A stretch of 64,000 nt of DNA from Squalus acanthias (Eukaryota), in NCBI GenBank assembly GCA_030390025.1, contig CM059433.1, forward strand, positions 21,888,001-21,952,000, read 5' to 3'. Position 1 is the first letter of the stretch; every line of letters begins with the position of its first letter. The translations under genes and the position numbers were made by a program. The notes beneath the pieces are model-generated. The model was given only the letters and a program-made list of their open reading frames with translations. It was not told where the DNA came from and searched no databases. This document shows positions 51,860 to 64,000 of the stretch, one piece after another.

Positions 51860-52031
51860 GACCCGAATTTTGCGGTGGGTAGTAACAGCGAACGAACAGC
51901 TGCACTAATCTCAACTGCATGTTGAAAAAGCCAAACTTCTCGCCACAGAGATCACGAGATCTTTGTGGGCAGCTTTCTTCGGGGCCAGCAGCAAACGCTT
52001 TTGCTTCGCCGCTGACTGCAAATTCCAGGCC
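51860..52031. mobile_element. 172-bp deletion derivative of the GGCYCGGA MITE family
   Basis: Ends GACCCGAATTTTGC / GCAAATTCCAGGCC, TSD AAT/AAT. Right arm matches about 11100-11205. Confidence 0.75.
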
Positions 52032-52487
52032 AATGTTTTATTTGTGCAGGTGTGTGCCAGATTCCTGCGGAGCTGCCATGATGCTTTCATCCTGCAGCAG
52101 CCCGAGCAGACTTAAGGGGTGGTTACTAGGATACAAAGGATACCCCCTTCAAACTTTGCTCATGACACCCATGAGAAACCCCACCAATGAAGTTCAAGAG
52201 CGATACAACAAAAGCAATATGACAACCAGGTGTGTCACTGATCAAGCGATCAGCATGCTCAAGATGCACTTCAGGTGCCTAGACAGATCTGGAGGTGCAC
52301 TTCAGTACTCGCCAACCAAGGTGTCCAGCACAACATTGCACAGTAGCGAGGACTAGAGCTGCAGGCGGAACAAGGCGCTGAGCACACATTGCCTGCGGAC
52401 AAATCGGAGAAGCAGACGGAAGAGGAGGAGGAAGATAGCGATCCCAATGCAGCTCCAGCCACTCACATTGCTGCCTGGGGTGCCAGG

Positions 52488-52641
52488 CAATGTTCCCTCT
52501 AATTTGTGATTTTCGTGTGCAGCCCATTTAAATTTGCTGCGCGGCACACATGCGCGGTATCTTCAAGTGGCAGCAGCTGGGGAGCGCCCTGCGTGGGATC
52601 TTCCGATCGATGAATGGCCACGCACCTTAGGGGGAACATTG
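52488..52641. mobile_element. hAT-type MITE, 154 bp
   Basis: TIR CAATGTTCCCTCTAA / TTAGGGGGAACATTG and perfect 8-bp TSD GTGCCAGG (52480-87 / 52642-49). Confidence 0.9.
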
Positions 52642-54478
52642 GTGCCAGGGTTCAGTTAGTCACTACCATTGGACCAATGTAGCAATCACATCTAACAACC
52701 ACTCTCTCCCCCCAGTCCCCCACACCCACCCCAATCCTACTGACATAAAGCAGTCCTATAACCAACCATCCACCCATTGCACATCCCCCCCATTGGTCCC
52801 CGTTAATTCATGTCTTCCCATTCATCAACAAGCAACTGAAAAGGCGAGTTGCCACCCAGCAACCAAGAATGGGCAATACGGGAAAGTTACTGAACAACGG
52901 AAACTTAACGTTTTCTCATACACCTATGTGCATACCCTTGTGCAACTACAAAGCTTTATTCTTCTTTTTCCGACTGCTCCTACGTGATGCAACCCCCTGT
53001 GGCTTCAGCAGAGGTAGAGGCAGGCTGCTCAGATCCCTGCTCTGACTGCTGAGATGCTCTCGGCAAATAACCTCAAGGTGTTAGAGCCCGTGAAGGTCCT
53101 GCCAAAGACTGCTCCACCTGCACTTGTGCAGGGGCAAGCTCGGCCATCGGGAGAGGAGGCAGCATGTCGGGTACTGACTTGGGTGGGCGGGGGGGGTGCG
53201 AGTGGGCAGCGATTGAGAAGTGGGAGCACTTTGAGTGGAGTTCCCACTTCCATGTCTCGTTTCCCCATCATCCCTCTACTGGGTCAGCCGCACTTCACTC
53301 CTACCATTCTGCTGGAGAGCAGCTTGTGGGCAGATCAGTGCTGCGCTGTACAGCCAAGGCTAAGGTATATATTATCCTATTCAACCCACCAGACATGTTC
53401 ACATCCAGCCTGTGCACGGCTGTGGTCAAGGCCTGCATGGACTCATTGGTTGCCGTGATTGATGTTCCTCGGGGTTGGCCTATCTATCCATGGAAGAAGA
53501 CATCCTCGCAATCCCCTGAGACATCATCCTACTCATTCTTGAGGTGGACTCCTTCATTCTCTCTGCAATCGTGGACAGTGTACGTGGAATGCCTGCCAAT
53601 AGCTTGCAAATTTTCCGCTGCCTCTTAATGATTATCCTTTTCATCAATGGCCCCCGGGGTACAGCATCTGTGCCCAGCTGAGCAGAGCTTGGAGAGGGCT
53701 GCACCCTCCGATGTGGACTCTCCACAGCTGTCTCCATCTGCTCTTGCTCACTTGTGAAGTGTGAGTCACCAGGTGAAAGCCCAACTATCTGTCTAACTGG
53801 TCCCACTGAAGTGCGAGTATCTGAACTGGTGAATGGTAAGCATGAGTCCTGTGATGGTGCACCCTCAGAATGAATCAGCTCCTTTGAGGATTCATCATCG
53901 AGGAGGTCCACTGACTGCTGTTGTACACGTGAAGGCCTTAGCGGACAGAAAAAGTATGAATTAGTACTGGCAAGGTAAGAATGTTGCAACTTAACATTAT
54001 GAAAATGATCATATTTCAGTCGCTGCTGAAATCAAGTCAACATGACTGTGTGTTGTATGCCATGTGGGCCGCTGATATTTCATTGTATCGCCAGGTAGCT
54101 GGGAGGTCCCCATCTCTTCATCTCTGATAGTCAGGGACGCTGAAATGACACTGATCTTCAGCACTTCCTCCTCTGCAGTTGTTACCTGGAAAATCTGTGG
54201 AGGATCCCCTCCTGTTCTCTCCCTCTTCCTCTCCCTCGTGTTCTCTGCTCTCTTCCCCTGCAAGGAGGGTAAGAACAGACCTATGAATGACTGCAATGGC
54301 ATGTGTTCACCCAGTGGATGCAATGCATTTGCTGAGGGTGACTATCGGGGTGAGGCATCAAATTGCATAAGGATCAGGGTGAGTGGGAGTGGTGGATGGA
54401 TCGTCAGGGATGTTAGGAAATGCATAGAAAGAGAAGGATGGGTACTCGTGCAAGGTAAGTGGGTATTAGGAGTGATGT

Positions 54479-55036
54479 CACTTTAATTCTCCGCTCCACT
54501 CCCACTCTGACCTCTCTGTCCTTGGCCTCCTACACTGTTTCAATGAAGCTCAACGTAAGCTCGAGGAACAGCACCTCATCTTTCAATTAGGCACTTTACA
54601 GCCTTCCAGACTCAACACTGAGTTCAACAATTTCAGACCATAACCTCTGCCCCCATTTTTTCTGATAGCAGCTGTTGATGTTTCTGCCATTCCCATTTAC
54701 ACCTCTTCTAGACTCATCTTTTGTTTCTTTACTTGTCCCATTACCATCTCCTTTTGCCTTGCACCATCATCCCTTTTGTCTTTTAATCTCTCCTGCTTTC
54801 AACCCTGTCACAGCCCGTCCCTTTTGTTCTTTCCTCCCCTCCCCCCTTTCCCTGCCTCTGCACCTGCTTAAAACCTGTTCTAGCTCTAACTTTTTTCGGT
54901 TCTGATGAAAGGTCATCGACCTCAAACGTTAACTCTGTTTCTCTCTCCACAGATGCTGCCTGACCTGCTGAGTATTTCCAGCATTTTCTGTTTTTATTTC
55001 AGATTTCCAGCATCCGCAGTATTTTACTTTTGTGTG
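54479..55036 (+). mobile_element. Penelope-like retroelement 3' end
   Basis: 54479-54643 translates HFNSPLHSHSDLSVLGLLHCFNEAQRKLEEQHLIFQLGTLQPSRLNTEFNNFRP*, resembling a GIY-YIG endonuclease C-terminus. Flanked by 11-bp direct repeat AGGAGTGATGT (54468-78 / 55037-47). Confidence 0.85.
54895..54955 (+). ncRNA. Candidate minimal hammerhead ribozyme core (probably inactive here)
   Basis: CTGATGA-a-AGGTC(atc)GACCT-CAAAC-GTTAAC: CUGAUGA box, 5-bp stem II, and the GAAA box reading CAAA. Penelope-like elements are known to carry minimal hammerheads. Confidence 0.55.
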
Positions 55037-56174
55037 AGGAGTGATGTGATGGAGTAGGCTTGACAAGGCAGAGCTGGGGGCGGAGGGGTGAGGGCGGGGA
55101 GTGGGGTGGCGGTGATGCGCACAACAGGACGTAGGTGAATGCACAACTGTGCTCACCTTTCCTGACCTGGTTAGGTCATTAGAGCACTTCCTGCACTGAA
55201 TCCAGGAAGGTGGCACAATGCTCCTGCTGCTGACCTCCTGGGCCACCTCCAGCCACCCCTTCTTCGTGGCAGCAGCAGGTTTCTTCCTGCCTGTTGCTGG
55301 GGAAGGGCGTCCACCTCCGACTCCTCAATGCACCCAGCAGTGCAGCAAGTAATGCATTGTTAAATCGAGGCGCAGCCCTTTACCATCCTGAATCCATTCT
55401 GAGACTTCACCCTCTCTTGGTTCAAACTCCTAACTCCTTCAAATTCCATCTTTGGATTGGCCTTTTAAATTCTCCAGTTGAGGTCGTGTCACGTGGGTCC
55501 GCACCACGCTATAGCGCATTCGACGCCAGACCCGGAAGTTCTATTCTGATTCGGTGGCTGCAATAAAAGCCACAGACTGATGAGCTGAAACTACTTCGGC
55601 GTTCCCACTCGATTTCACCTGCCCGTTCCCCCCGCTGCCCCCCCACCCAGCTCCGAACGCACCTCCGACTTGTTATCGGGGCCATGAGCTCTTAATGCAG
55701 CTGCTGTGCTTCTAGCCAATTACTTGGATAAAGTTCTGCAAGTCTTTAATCTTTCTAATTGGTTTTTCACATTCTGCTGGTGTGCCATTCTTCTCACTGT
55801 GTTAAACAGTGACCTCGCGCTACACGTGGCTATAATTATGATTTTTTTTTTAAATCTATTGATATTGAGTCAACATAAGAATAAAGTACTGAAGAGAACA
55901 CTTATTTTGTGCTGAACAAGCGAGAGCAGACTGTTATTGATCACTTGCTGCACAGAATGCTGACGCTGCTCCCAGCTAACCAGCCTAACAGAACGATGGA
56001 TGCAGAGCTTATTGCCTCATGACAATTTCAGGTGACTTCCCTCAGAGATTACTCGAGGTTTTTTTTAATGGGCTTTAATTCTCTGAAAAGGCCACCTGTC
56101 TCGAGTAAATGCCCCCACCACCCACCCCTCCGCACCCCCCCTCCACCCCACCCCACAATGAGCATTCAGGCAAT

Positions 56175-57029
56175 GGCCCTGAATTTGCGGTCGGAGGCTT
56201 CCCGCGGGGAAATTCCTCTGATCCGCGAATAAAATGCCCGCGTACCTGGTGGTCCGGGAGGTCCGGAGACTCACGGTCCTGGGCCTCCCCGGGTACCCGC
56301 GGGTAGAGGCCCGCGTATCTCAGGGGCGCAAGCGGTTCGCAAGCGCCCCTGGGATCACGTGGGCCGGACCAACCAATAAAAGAAAGGGGATCCCCATTCA
56401 TGCTTATGTGGATTCCGTACGTACGGAATCGCCATAAGTAGGAATGGGAATACCGCAGAAAATACCTCGACACTTCAAAAAAAAAATCACATTTTTAAAA
56501 TTAATTAAAATGGCATTTAATTAAATATTTAAAACAAAAATTTAATTTTTTGAAAAATAAATGTACATGTTTTAAAGGGGCTAAAAATAACCTCACCTTA
56601 TTTCACAGGTTTTTAAATGAATAAATTATTGATAAAAAATTATTTTTCTGCTTTTTAAAACTCTTACGCTGGTAAAAGCTGGTCTTATGTCTGCTTTTAC
56701 TAGGCGTAAGAATTTCACAGGCATTTGCTGGGCTGAAGTTGGGCAAATAGCGCAACGCTCCGCCCGCGGATGCCCTTTTCCCGGGGATGCGGATGATCTG
56801 TCAAGAAAATTCTTTAGCGCCCCGAAAAAGTTAGCGCTCCTGCGCCGTAAATTCAGTGGTAGCGCCCCAAGCAGGAGGCGTGGCACTACTGGAAGCGCCA
56901 CCCCTCTTTCTTGGGGCGCTACCAGTGAATTTCACGGCGCTACGTGCATCAGCGCCACGCGCGTTGCCACATAGCGCCGCGTCATTGTAGGCGCTAACGG
57001 CAGGTGCATCGGAGCTGAATTTCGCCCCC
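56175..57029. mobile_element. Composite or truncated Harbinger-type MITEs
   Basis: Left end GGCCCTGAATTTGC. From about 56810 a TAGCGCCCC-family segment ends …gaatttcgcccc. Confidence 0.55.
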
Positions 57030-57374
57030 TTTATGTTCTGAACCTTGCGGTCATGTTTTGTGTGATTCAGATCTGGGTTCAGTCCTCTGATTAAACATTG
57101 CTGTACTTGAGTGAGATGAGTGAGTACTTGGTGCGCTGACATCAACCACTCTGCATATATAAGTACCACAGAACATGTTTATCAGGCGACATTTGCCGCA
57201 AAAACCAAACTTAACCACAACTGGAAAATTCTGCCCTCGGTATCTCTGAAGGTTTGGTTTACATGGACATTTATAATGTCAGAACCATTGTAAGGCTGAC
57301 TGCTGGTACTACAAGGTGATAAATAAAGGCCACAATGAACAATTAAAATAAAACTTCAAATTATTTCTAAATTA

Positions 57375-58125
57375 TTTAATGGTAGGACACTGAGTAGTGT
57401 AGAGGAACAAAGGGACCTTGGAGTGCATGTCCACAGATCCCTGAAGGTAGCAGGCCAAGTAGAGAAGGTGGTTAAGAAGGCATACGGAATGCTTGCCTTT
57501 ATTAGCCGTGGCATAGAATACAAGAGCAGGGGGGTTATGCTTCAACTGTATAAAACACTAGTTAGGCCTCAGCTAGAGTACTGCGTGCAGTTTTGGTCAC
57601 CACGTTACAGGAAAGATGTGATTGCACTAGAGAGGGTACAGAGGAGATTTACAAGGATGTTGCCGGTAGTAGAGGATCTTAGCTATGAGGAAAGACTGGA
57701 TAGGTTGGGTCTGTTTTCCATGGAACAGAGGAGGCTGAGGGGAGACCTCATTGAGGTGTATAAAATTATGAGGGGCATAGATAAAGTGGATAGAAAGGAC
57801 CTAATTCCCTTAGCAGAGGGGTCAAAAACCAGGGGGCACGGATTTGAAGTAATTGGGGGGAAGGTTAGAGGGGATTTGAGGGGAAATTTCTTCACCCAGA
57901 GGGTTGTGGGGGTTTGGAACTCACTGCCTGAAAGGGTGGTAGAGGCAGGAACCCTAACCACATTTAAAAAGTACTTGGATGTGCACTTGGGATGCTGTAA
58001 CCTGCAGGGCTACAGACCAAGAGCTGGGAAGTGGGATTAGGCTGGATAGCTCTTTGTTGGCCGACGCGGACATGATGGGCTGAAATGGCTTCCTTCCATG
58101 CTGTAACTTTCTATGATTCTATGAT
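57375..58125 (+). mobile_element. CR1 LINE 3' end, (TTCTATGA)n family
   Basis: Open ORF 57423-58040 (LYKTLVRPQLEYCVQFWSP…YEERLDRLGLFS…TRGH…FFTQRVVGVWNSLP) and tail ttctatgattctatga. Confidence 0.92.
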
Positions 58126-60365
58126 TTGAATTCAAGAGGTCATAAGAATGTTCTGAAAGTCCCAAATGAACCTCTATTTTTTTCAGTCACGATTCAGTTC
58201 ATATTGTTTTTCATAGAATCATAGAAAGTTACAGCACGGAAGGAGGCCATTTCGGCCCATCGTGTCCGCGCCGGCACCAGACCTATCCAGTGGTGTGTGA
58301 CTGGACAGCTATGGTTACACTGCCCATTGCAGTGGAGAAAGGCAGAAGAGCTGTAAGCACAATCAACACTTTTCAGCTATTGGACATTGAAAGGCTGCAC
58401 ACTCCAGGTCACACCCCTCCCGAGCTTTAAAAAAAGGCAAGAAAAATAAGCTTTCAACCAACTGCAGTTATACTGCTGCTGATAAAATTAAGTTGAGACC
58501 ATTTCTTGGGCCCTGGAGATGGCCAAAACTCTTATTAAGCCATGGCTATATGGCGTAAAGTAAAGACATGTGGAGATCATGATGACAAAATTGAAGGTAT
58601 AAACAGACCAATTGCGATCCATTTTGAAAAACCGAAACTCTAGAAGGATAATTTGAAACCAAGTATGACAAGTTGTCAATCATGATATTCACCATACTTT
58701 TATATACATATTTCACCTGTTTTCATTTCAGGTTTGTGTGAAAAATATATTTCACTGTACATTAAGATTCGACTCTCGTCTATATTTTCATGCATGTGAT
58801 TGTGCTGAATAATTATCACCTTCCTGCTGAGTATAAAAACCTTTCTGTTCAAGAAGTTCCAAGTAAATCATTACCTATGATTCCCACACATTTGGCACGC
58901 AGTGTTTTTATCCTTTCACAGTGGCTAACAGCTCTTTACTTCATAATATGTGGCAGTTCTTCACAAGGCGTGTAAGTCTTTATAATAACTTAACCTACCT
59001 CACAATGACGCATGCCTCTTAGTTTCGCCATGACTTGTACCTGTTTATAATGAAATATGTCGTGACAGTAAGTCAAAATGGCTCACCTATTCACAGTGAC
59101 TTACGCCACTTCAGAGAGACTGTACAGCTGCTTTTACATTGGGTTAGTGTTGTGCTGCTGCCTCTTGCTCCCGTCACATGGGTGTTCTGTAGCCAGTAGC
59201 AACACCAGAGTACAATTTAGCAGATTCACTGAGGAAGGCAGCTGAGAAAGCCCGTGTGTTAAGAGCCAGCAGCATTAGCACTATCGCAATATAAATATAG
59301 CCTACATCTTTGCAATTTACAATGTCTTGCAGTTCTATGTGATGGTTTGCACCTCTTCATGATGACAGAGAACTTCACATTAGCTCACAACTTTTTAATG
59401 GCTCATATTAGCTACTGAATAAAATAAGACACATTAGCCAGTTTACATGATCCAAAACTTAGCATCAGAATTGTCAACAAGTTTTGGAATAACAGCTGTT
59501 TTGAAAAATACTCACCACTGGTTACATATGCTAATCCAGAAATCTACTGTCTTCCAAAACTGTTGAATTTGCAGAACAATCTGACAAGTGTATATATCTA
59601 GAATCTCTGAAATCTAAATATATAAATAAAATCAGTGACTGTTTAATCGGGTTCTTCCAGATTGAAAACTAAGTTATTCTGCAGTTGCTCAGTTGAGTAG
59701 CTCACTTGTAATGATGTGGTTTTTCCAGTACGTTTGCTTATTGGAACCCAAGGATACATTATCGTGACCAGATATCAAAGAAACAATCTCAAATGATTCT
59801 GTTGCATATTGGTTTAATAGGTTAATTATAACATAGAGCATTATATCTGGCTTGAGGACTTTTTTGTGGAAAGTAATGGCCTCTCATCAGTGAAATACTT
59901 GCACAATTAATGTCGCACTTAACTTCCTCTTTGGAATTTAGCAAATATTATGGGTGTCTGAAATGAAATGGAAATGAGTTCGTGTTTCTGAGTTGCTGAA
60001 AGGCCTGCTTGCATTGTGGTGGACCCTCTGAGAGTGCCAAGGGACTAACACAAATAGCACAAGCCAGAGGAGCAGCTGTTGGAGCATGATTAACTCATTG
60101 TCACCGAGGCATTAAATAATGATGATGCTGAATAAATAAATTAACTTAGAATCTGTGTTATTTTCTTAATAAGAAGTGAACGTGTGAGAAACGCACAATA
60201 GATCAGCCAGCATCGGAAAAGGAAAGATAGGTTAATGGTTCGGATGGGATCTTACAGGCATTTTCTGTTATTTCAGATTTCCAGCAATTGAGACTTTTCT
60301 AGTCATCTTTATGTTCTTGTTATGAGTGCTGAAATTCAATTGAGAATCTATTTTTGTGCTTCCAG

Positions 60366-60554
60366 CTTCCTATTGCAGCTTGAACAGTGTCCCTTTGAAT
60401 GGCGGAGTGCTGAACAAGACAGTAGGCGCGCTCAACAGCATGGTGCGGTTTTACTGTAAAGCAGGGTACCGCTTGGTTGGTCAGAGTAATGCCACCTGTA
60501 GACGGTTCCCGAATGGCTTGTATCAGTGGGATGCTGCTGTTCCACTCTGTCAAG
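60366..60554 (+). CDS. CSMD1: CSMD1 coding exon (complete Sushi/CCP domain), phase 1-1
   Basis: Acceptor tttttgtgcttccag| and donor |gtaaga. Translates (A)SYCSLNSVPLNGGVLNKTVGALNSMVRFYCKAGYRLVGQSNATCRRFPNGLYQWDAAVPLCQ. Confidence 0.95.
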
Positions 60555-62019
60555 GTAAGAATTATTGATGGCCATATTCAGCAACTAGATAGTTCAGTTC
60601 TCTATGTATTGAACTGACATTTCCCCTTTAGGTTTCTGCCTGTGCTAAAGAGACTTGTCCTATTATAATTACCTCTTATTTGTGGACCACTGGCTAATGT
60701 TGTCAGTGCCGCTAATTGAATACAGTGCTCTGACATTTTCTATCACTTGTGGTGGTCTGAGTGATGAGGTGTGCCATGTAAATCACACAGTTTCCTAGTA
60801 GTTATCCTATGACTGGGCATAATGATCCCAAACGTGTTTTTTCAAATTTCCTTTGAATGCTTTTGTGCGGCAGTGACCAACTTTGCAGCTATTTATTCTG
60901 GGTTTCTATCAATAAGCTTTATCAATACACTGATACATTAACATATACTTATTTCTATCTATCTTATTAATAGTTTTCTTTCTGTAAACATGCAGGAATG
61001 CAGTTTACTCCTTTTAATTTGAAGCCCTCTTTTACCAAAAAAAAAGAATTATCCAATAGACAAATTAAGCAGTTTTAATAAAATAGCACTCGGCCTCTTT
61101 TCACAATTTCAATTCAACTTAAACGACTCTGAATTAAAAGGAATAGACTGTATATGATTGTAGAAACGTGAGGATGTATGGATGTAGTTTGCTCAATCAA
61201 ATCCTAGAATTTGGGACCTCCATCCTTCCTTTCAACCAATTAAATTCCAAAACCATGTAACCAGGGACCAAACAAATGCCAAAATCTTCTCGGTAGTGCT
61301 TTTTATGATTGTTTATGGTTATTTTTGTGACTGAACCAATCACATTCGCCAAAAAAAGTTCTTTTGGTGTATAACGACCACAATAGTTCCCAACATCCCA
61401 ATCATTATTAGACAGGTCGATTATCAATATTTTTAATTGCTACATTTCATCGGTATTTATATAAAATAATAAACTGCAGACAAATAAATAATTGTAATTT
61501 TAAATTCATGCCTCATCACCCCTAAATGGCATACAGTGACGGTTCTGCAGTGACCTGCCTGTGATTGCTCCTTTCCCCTTCCTGCACCAGCCTGCATGCC
61601 CCCTCTGTGCTACCTGTCTGACTGCTGCCCGTACTTTCCGATGTGCCAGGCCTCAAACTATCCCGCATCTTCACCTTCAGCCTGGCAACCCTTCTCTCTC
61701 CCAATCTAATGTCGCCTAAACCTTAGCAGCAAGAGCCACCTGTGACCATAATGCCACACTATCAGCCCATCTGAAGCCTCTCTTATTCACCTAGCAGGCT
61801 ACACCTTACCCTGAACTGGGGCCTTTGCCTTTGTTGGAATTGCAACAGGAAGAGATCCTCCACCAACCAAATACTGACACGATTGTGGAGGTGTTACTGC
61901 ACGGTTCAGTCTTCTCCTGCCTGACCAACCAGCAGAGCCAGGGTCTGCCCCCACGCACACACACGGCACTCTGGGCTGGCTCTTTCCTGGCATGACGCTA
62001 AAAAAGGGAGTAATTCATT

Positions 62020-63168
62020 GGCTCAGAGTTTGCTGTCAAAATAATGGCGAGGTTAATGTCGCCCCCCGTTATTTATACGCAAATGGTACTATGTACCGTT
62101 TTGGCCTCCTTACCTAAGGAAGGATATACTTGCCTTAGAGGGAGTGCAACAATGGTTCACTAGACTGATTCCTGGATGGGGGAATTGTCCTATGAGGAGA
62201 GATTGAGTACATTAGGCCTATATTCCCTAGAGTTTAGAAGAATGAGAGGTGATCACATTGAATCGTGTAAAATTCTTACAGGGCTTGACAGGGTAGATGC
62301 TGGGAGGATGTTCCCCCTGACTGGGGAGTCTAAAACTAGAGGTCACAGTCTCAGAACAAGGGGTCGGCCATTTAGGACTGAAATAAGGAGAAATTTCTTC
62401 ACTCAAAGCGTTGTGAATCTTTGGAATTCTCTACCCCAAAGAGCTATGGCTGCTCAGTTGTTGAGTATATTCAAGACAGAGATCGATAGATTTTTGGATA
62501 CGAAGAGAATCAAGGGATATGGGAATAGTGCAGGAAGGTGGAGTTGAGGTAGAAGGTCAGCCATGATCTTATTGATTGGCGGAGCAAGCTTGAAGGGCCA
62601 AATGGCCTACTCCTGCTCCTATTTCTTATGTTCTAACTTCAGCTGAGGGGAGATGTGCGGTTAAACACAGCAATCCAAAAGTTACTGTCTGAGTTGTGCC
62701 TCTCCACCGTTAACTTTGCGAAAACGGTGTCTTGCTGTCTGCCTCACCATTGACATGCATTGAATGCCTGTATTTGTGAGGTAGATACAAACTAAACTCA
62801 CCACAGAAAGCTAAGTCTTGTCCATTCCAGTCTAAGTACCCTATTAATGATGTGATTACTGCTAATTACTGCTAAACAACCTTTCTGGCACTGAAAAATA
62901 ACTATTACAAATGTGGTGTCTCATTCCTTCAAGTTTTAATTGTTGTTGGAGATATAAAAAAAGTAAAATTTAACATTTTTTAAAAATGTTCCTTTCTGTC
63001 TCTTTTTTCTCTCTCTCTTAATCCAATCTTTATTTCCCTCTATTTATTTTGCTTTCTATACCTGATTTGACATTGAACTCACCCACTCTCATTTACACTT
63101 CCTTCTCAGTCTTTGTGCTGTTAATTTCACAATGCCGTTAGATGTCCTGCTGCAGCGAATTATGGCCC
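62020..63168. mobile_element. Harbinger-type MITE containing a CR1 insertion
   Basis: Ends GGCTCAGAGTTTGC / GCGAATTATGGCCC, TSD ATT/ATT. Body homologous to about 23200-23560. Confidence 0.72.
62092..62634 (+). mobile_element. CR1 LINE 3' end
   Basis: ORF 62176-62547 with CR1 C-terminal motifs and tail ttcttatgttct. Confidence 0.9.
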
Positions 63169-63842
63169 ATTATCTAACAATGACAGATATGCAGAAACAG
63201 AGAGCGGGGCAGACAGAAAGCAAATGAGAGAATGAAAGACAAAAGGTGAGACATATAGAGGAGAGTGGGAGGCATATAAAAGAGTGGAGACAAACAGAAG
63301 CGACTGGAGACTAGAGGGAAGGGACTTACAGAAAGAGTGAGACAAAGGCTGGAACTTTCCTTACCTTGGCAGGTCCAGTGCAGCCGGTGTCCATGGGGGG
63401 TCACGACCCCGCTGCTGACTCCATTCCACTGTACAAAATGAACTTACCTTAATGGGGCCTATTAAGCTCACCCAGTACATTACCCGGCCCAATTAGATGG
63501 AGCGGGTCTGGTGATGTCATTCATGATGCGTTTTAAGCTGGGATCCTTAAAGGGACCCTGACCACATTACATTTTAAGTTTAATCTAACAGTAATCTTTA
63601 CTGTACAATAATATAAAAATTATATGTGAGTGACAAATAAATATTTAAATAAAATTATCATTAAGTAATGTGACTCCATCTACAAATACGATCAAGAACA
63701 TAATTTAAAAAGTACATTCATTGGGAAGTTATTGGTGCTTTAATCACAAATCTATAGACTTTTATCAGTAACTGGTACAAATAAAAGATGTGTGTGCATA
63801 GGTAAGACATAAAATTAAGCAGATTTTAAATGTAATTGAAAA

Positions 63843-64000
63843 GGGGTGGATTTACAATCTTATGCAAGTTCAGCGGAAGAGCTGCGGAATCCCTGACGAA
63901 CAGTGTAAGTGGTGCTTACAATGTGTTTCTGGGATTTCTGCAGCTCTTCCGTTAAAAGTTAACAATGGACAAGTGAGAGAACCTCCGCAGAAATTCACCC
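63843..64000. mobile_element. Small palindromic MITE at the window edge
   Basis: Ends GGGGTGGATTT / AAATTCACCC, internal inverted cggaagagctgcggaatccc / gggatttctgcagctcttccg. Confidence 0.6.

Larger units (their letters stand above)
52950..55397 (-). pseudogene. Harbinger Myb/SANT-like gene remnant (exons about 55157-55397, 54092-54257, 52950-53935)
   Basis: Exon 1 RAAPRFNNA…WLEVAQEVSSRSIVPPSWIQCRKCSNDLTRSGK|gtgagc. Exon 2 ttgcag|GKRAENTRERKRERTGGDPP. Exon 3 is Ser-rich and coiled-coil-like (ORF 53480-53989). Stops and frameshifts present. Confidence 0.75.
52045..55683. mobile_element. 5'-truncated Harbinger transposon: transposase 3' remnant (+) and a three-exon Myb/SANT gene (-)
   Basis: GWLLGYKGYPLQTLLMTPMRNP…TTRCVTDQAISMLKMHFRCLDRSGGALQYSP. 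Right end …ttatcggggcc. Homologous to 18433-20281. Confidence 0.82.

Overview
Eukaryotic (vertebrate) genomic DNA, most likely from a cartilaginous fish, inferred from the abundant Deu-domain SINEs, CR1/L2 LINEs and a Penelope 3' end of shark type. The whole 64 kb appears to lie inside one large + strand gene, CSMD1. Seven GT-AG exons (178, 146, 81, 114, 189, 147 and 189 nt; 1044 nt, 348 codons, open across every junction) encode CUB, Sushi, CUB, Sushi, matching my recollection of the last CUB domains of CSMD1. Four of these exons are absent from the ORF track. The introns are dense with transposons: several CR1 families, L2, a second RT LINE with its partner SINE, DeuSINEs, a Penelope-like element with a hammerhead-like core, a Tc1/pogo MITE, a hAT MITE, and a large PIF/Harbinger set (three decayed two-gene elements and more than 12 MITEs with 3-bp TSDs). 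I found no intact, clearly new protein system. The best leads are a coding exon whose 3' splice region comes from a SINE tail, a MITE-borne candidate recursive-splice site or 30-nt in-frame microexon, the Penelope hammerhead, and the Harbinger/MITE network. All family names are from memory; no database search was run.
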